From the NCBI GenBank assembly GCA_039680575.1, contig JBDKSP010000040.1:1-25649 (forward strand): a stretch of 25,649 nt of DNA, given 5' to 3'. Of the stretch, positions 24,220 to 25,649 are shown piece after piece. The notes beneath the pieces are model-generated. The model saw only the letters and a program-made list of their open reading frames with translations, did no database searches and had not been told where the DNA came from. The position numbers were made by a program, and so were the translations under genes. How positions within the stretch are numbered: the first letter of the stretch is position 1; each line of letters opens with the position of its first letter. Source of the DNA: Armatimonadota bacterium. GTDB lineage: Bacteria > Armatimonadota > UBA5829 > DTLH01.

Positions 24220-25218
24220 ATGCGTGATAAACTACTTACATATGCAATCGCGGGATCGGTAGTGATCCACCTTGTCGTGCTCGGCTTCATCGGCAAAACA
24301 TCCGCCGCGAAGCCGATTACCGTCGATCAGCTAAAGGTTGTTCAAGTCGATCTGGCGAAGACCCCCGATGATACCGCCATACGTACATCTACACCGGAGT
24401 CGTCAAAGCCGGAAGTCGCTCAAACTCAGCCGGACACACCCTACATTCCGCCGACATCGAAAATGATCACAAGCATTGACCGTCCGAAACCCGGACAGGA
24501 TCGGCGTATGCCTCCGTCTTCATCTGCGAGAAGGATTACAGGGCGGATTGCCTCTTCGCGCCCGGCAGGAGACCCCGGAGGCGCTCTTAGAGGAATCACC
24601 GCTCCAAACGGACAGGACCTCGGATATGTTCCAACCGGCCGCACCCCGGTCGGGTGGGTTCCAGGCGCTGATAACGGACGCGGAATAGGTTCGGGAAGCG
24701 GAGCCGGAGTAGGCCATCCGGACCCTGAACCTGATGCGAGGCCGGGTCACGGACTTACACCCGCACCGGAGCCTGAACCGACTCCTCCCCCTCAACCGAG
24801 GATGGTAACCGTTACAGTGTGCGCGGTCTCAGGGATGCTTCCGGGACCACACTGCAATCGAACGGACTCACGGTCGTTCAGGGAGGGCAATGAACCTTCC
24901 AGTAGATGTACTATATGCAAAGCACCTGAACCTGTGCATGTCAACCGGCTGGCTGACCGGGCGGAACCTGAGCTCATCAAGGACTGTGAGCCCAAAATTC
25001 CAGAAATCGATGAGTCCGGCGACTATATAGTAAAAATCAGCTACACAGTAGATACGGACGGCAGCGTGAGCGACATCGAGATCGTAGACTCATCAGGGAT
25101 ACGCGCAATTGATAAGGCCGTAAGGAATGCAGCTTCAAAGATGCGCTACAAGCCAGCCGTGCAGGACGGTCAACCTCGAAGCGTAAGGATAAGAAGAAAA
25201 TACCGAATACGGATATAG
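24220..25218 (+). CDS. tonB: TonB-family energy transducer with an inserted Cys-rich module
   Basis: N-terminal TM with SxxxH (SVVIH), Pro/Gly-rich linker, and C-terminal TonB_C (V.ISYTVDTDGSV...SSG...D.AV..A...MRYKPA..DG.P); follows exbBD. Confidence 0.85.
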   Translation: MRDKLLTYAIAGSVVIHLVVLGFIGKTSAAKPITVDQLKVVQVDLAKTPDDTAIRTSTPESSKPEVAQTQPDTPYIPPTSKMITSIDRPKPGQDRRMPPSSSARRITGRIASSRPAGDPGGALRGITAPNGQDLGYVPTGRTPVGWVPGADNGRGIGSGSGAGVGHPDPEPDARPGHGLTPAPEPEPTPPPQPRMVTVTVCAVSGMLPGPHCNRTDSRSFREGNEPSSRCTICKAPEPVHVNRLADRAEPELIKDCEPKIPEIDESGDYIVKISYTVDTDGSVSDIEIVDSSGIRAIDKAVRNAASKMRYKPAVQDGQPRSVRIRRKYRIRI

Positions 25219-25249
25219 CTCTGCAGGTAAGAGTTTAGAGATAATAATT

Positions 25250-25286
25250 ACAACGTCACCCCGAAACAAGTCCAGGGTGACGTTGT
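25250..25286. terminator. Hairpin between convergent genes; degenerate copy of the REP-like element at 109-136
   Basis: 12-bp stem ACAACGTCACCC/GGGTGACGTTGT; CCCCGAAACAAGTCCAGGGTGACG matches CCCTGAATCAAGTTCAAGGGTGACG at 112-136. Confidence 0.7.
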
Positions 25287-25301
25287 TTGCAACTCTATCC
25301 C

Positions 25302-25649
25302 TTAGTTAACGGCTGTTAATGCCTCTATACTGTCACTGTCCTTCATGAGGATCAAAGGACAGAGGTTGTCATTATCTAACCTATAGCAACTGCAGGCTCC
25401 TGTAGCCTTGACCAGTGCTCCTTTGACTATATCTTCCGGCAGTGTGATACTGCCATAATATACTTCTACAGTGGCAGAACCATCACTGATGTGGAGTTTC
25501 TTATTAGCAGTATCAATATCCTCTACTGTCCCACATACTGTTATGAGCAGGCCTATGTTGTTCAGTCCAAAGCTGCCTTTTACACCCTTCTGGCCTGTCT
25601 TGGCTGCTGAATCATAGCTGTAATCTCCACCGCCGATGTATTTGCAGAC
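25302..25649 (-). CDS. 3' end of a gene (truncated by the window edge) carrying the same C-terminal domain as the C25 protease
   Basis: Open frame of 115 codons to TAA at 25304-25302: VCKYIGGGDYSYDSAAKTGQKGVKGSFGLNNIGLLITVCGTVEDIDTANKKLHISDGSATVEVYYGSITLPEDIVKGALVKATGACSCYRLDNDNLCPLILMKDSDSIEALTAVN. Absent from the ORF track. Confidence 0.85.
   Translation of the reverse strand, partial: VCKYIGGGDYSYDSAAKTGQKGVKGSFGLNNIGLLITVCGTVEDIDTANKKLHISDGSATVEVYYGSITLPEDIVKGALVKATGACSCYRLDNDNLCPLILMKDSDSIEALTAVN

Noticed and set aside
24690..24800. Gly/Ser and Pro/Glu low-complexity repeats in tonB
   Set aside because: An ordinary TonB linker, not a separate DNA repeat element.

Overview
A gene-dense bacterial chromosomal window. 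It mixes Terrabacteria-type housekeeping genes (mcsA-mcsB-clpC, der-plsY) with diderm-type envelope genes (ExbB-ExbD-TonB, PEP-CTERM protein, lipoprotein); this mix and the protein styles suggest Armatimonadota (inference). Left to right: REP-like palindromic repeat cluster; VapBC-type toxin-antitoxin pair; YtrA-type GntR regulator with a membrane protein; 1454-aa secreted gingipain-like (C25) multidomain protease; ilvE-mcsA-mcsB-clpC (no ctsR); PEP-CTERM protein with a sigma-54-type promoter; two glycoside hydrolases (DUF6067/GH123-like and GH127/146-like); BtuF-like lipoprotein; MogA/MoaB-like protein; Fe-S PD-(D/E)XK nuclease; der-plsY-AMMECR1; exbB-exbD-tonB; and the 3' end of a gene missed by the ORF track. 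The strongest lead is that the protease and this truncated gene end in the same C-terminal domain (IGG...GLNNxGxLxTxxGxV...DG...V..TG..S.Y), a candidate lineage-specific sorting or anchoring signal located where Bacteroidota gingipains carry the T9SS CTD. Other leads are a TonB with an inserted 4-Cys module, an McsB lacking the canonical active-site Cys paired with a UVR-less McsA, and several structured non-coding leaders. All calls come from reading the sequence; no searches were run.
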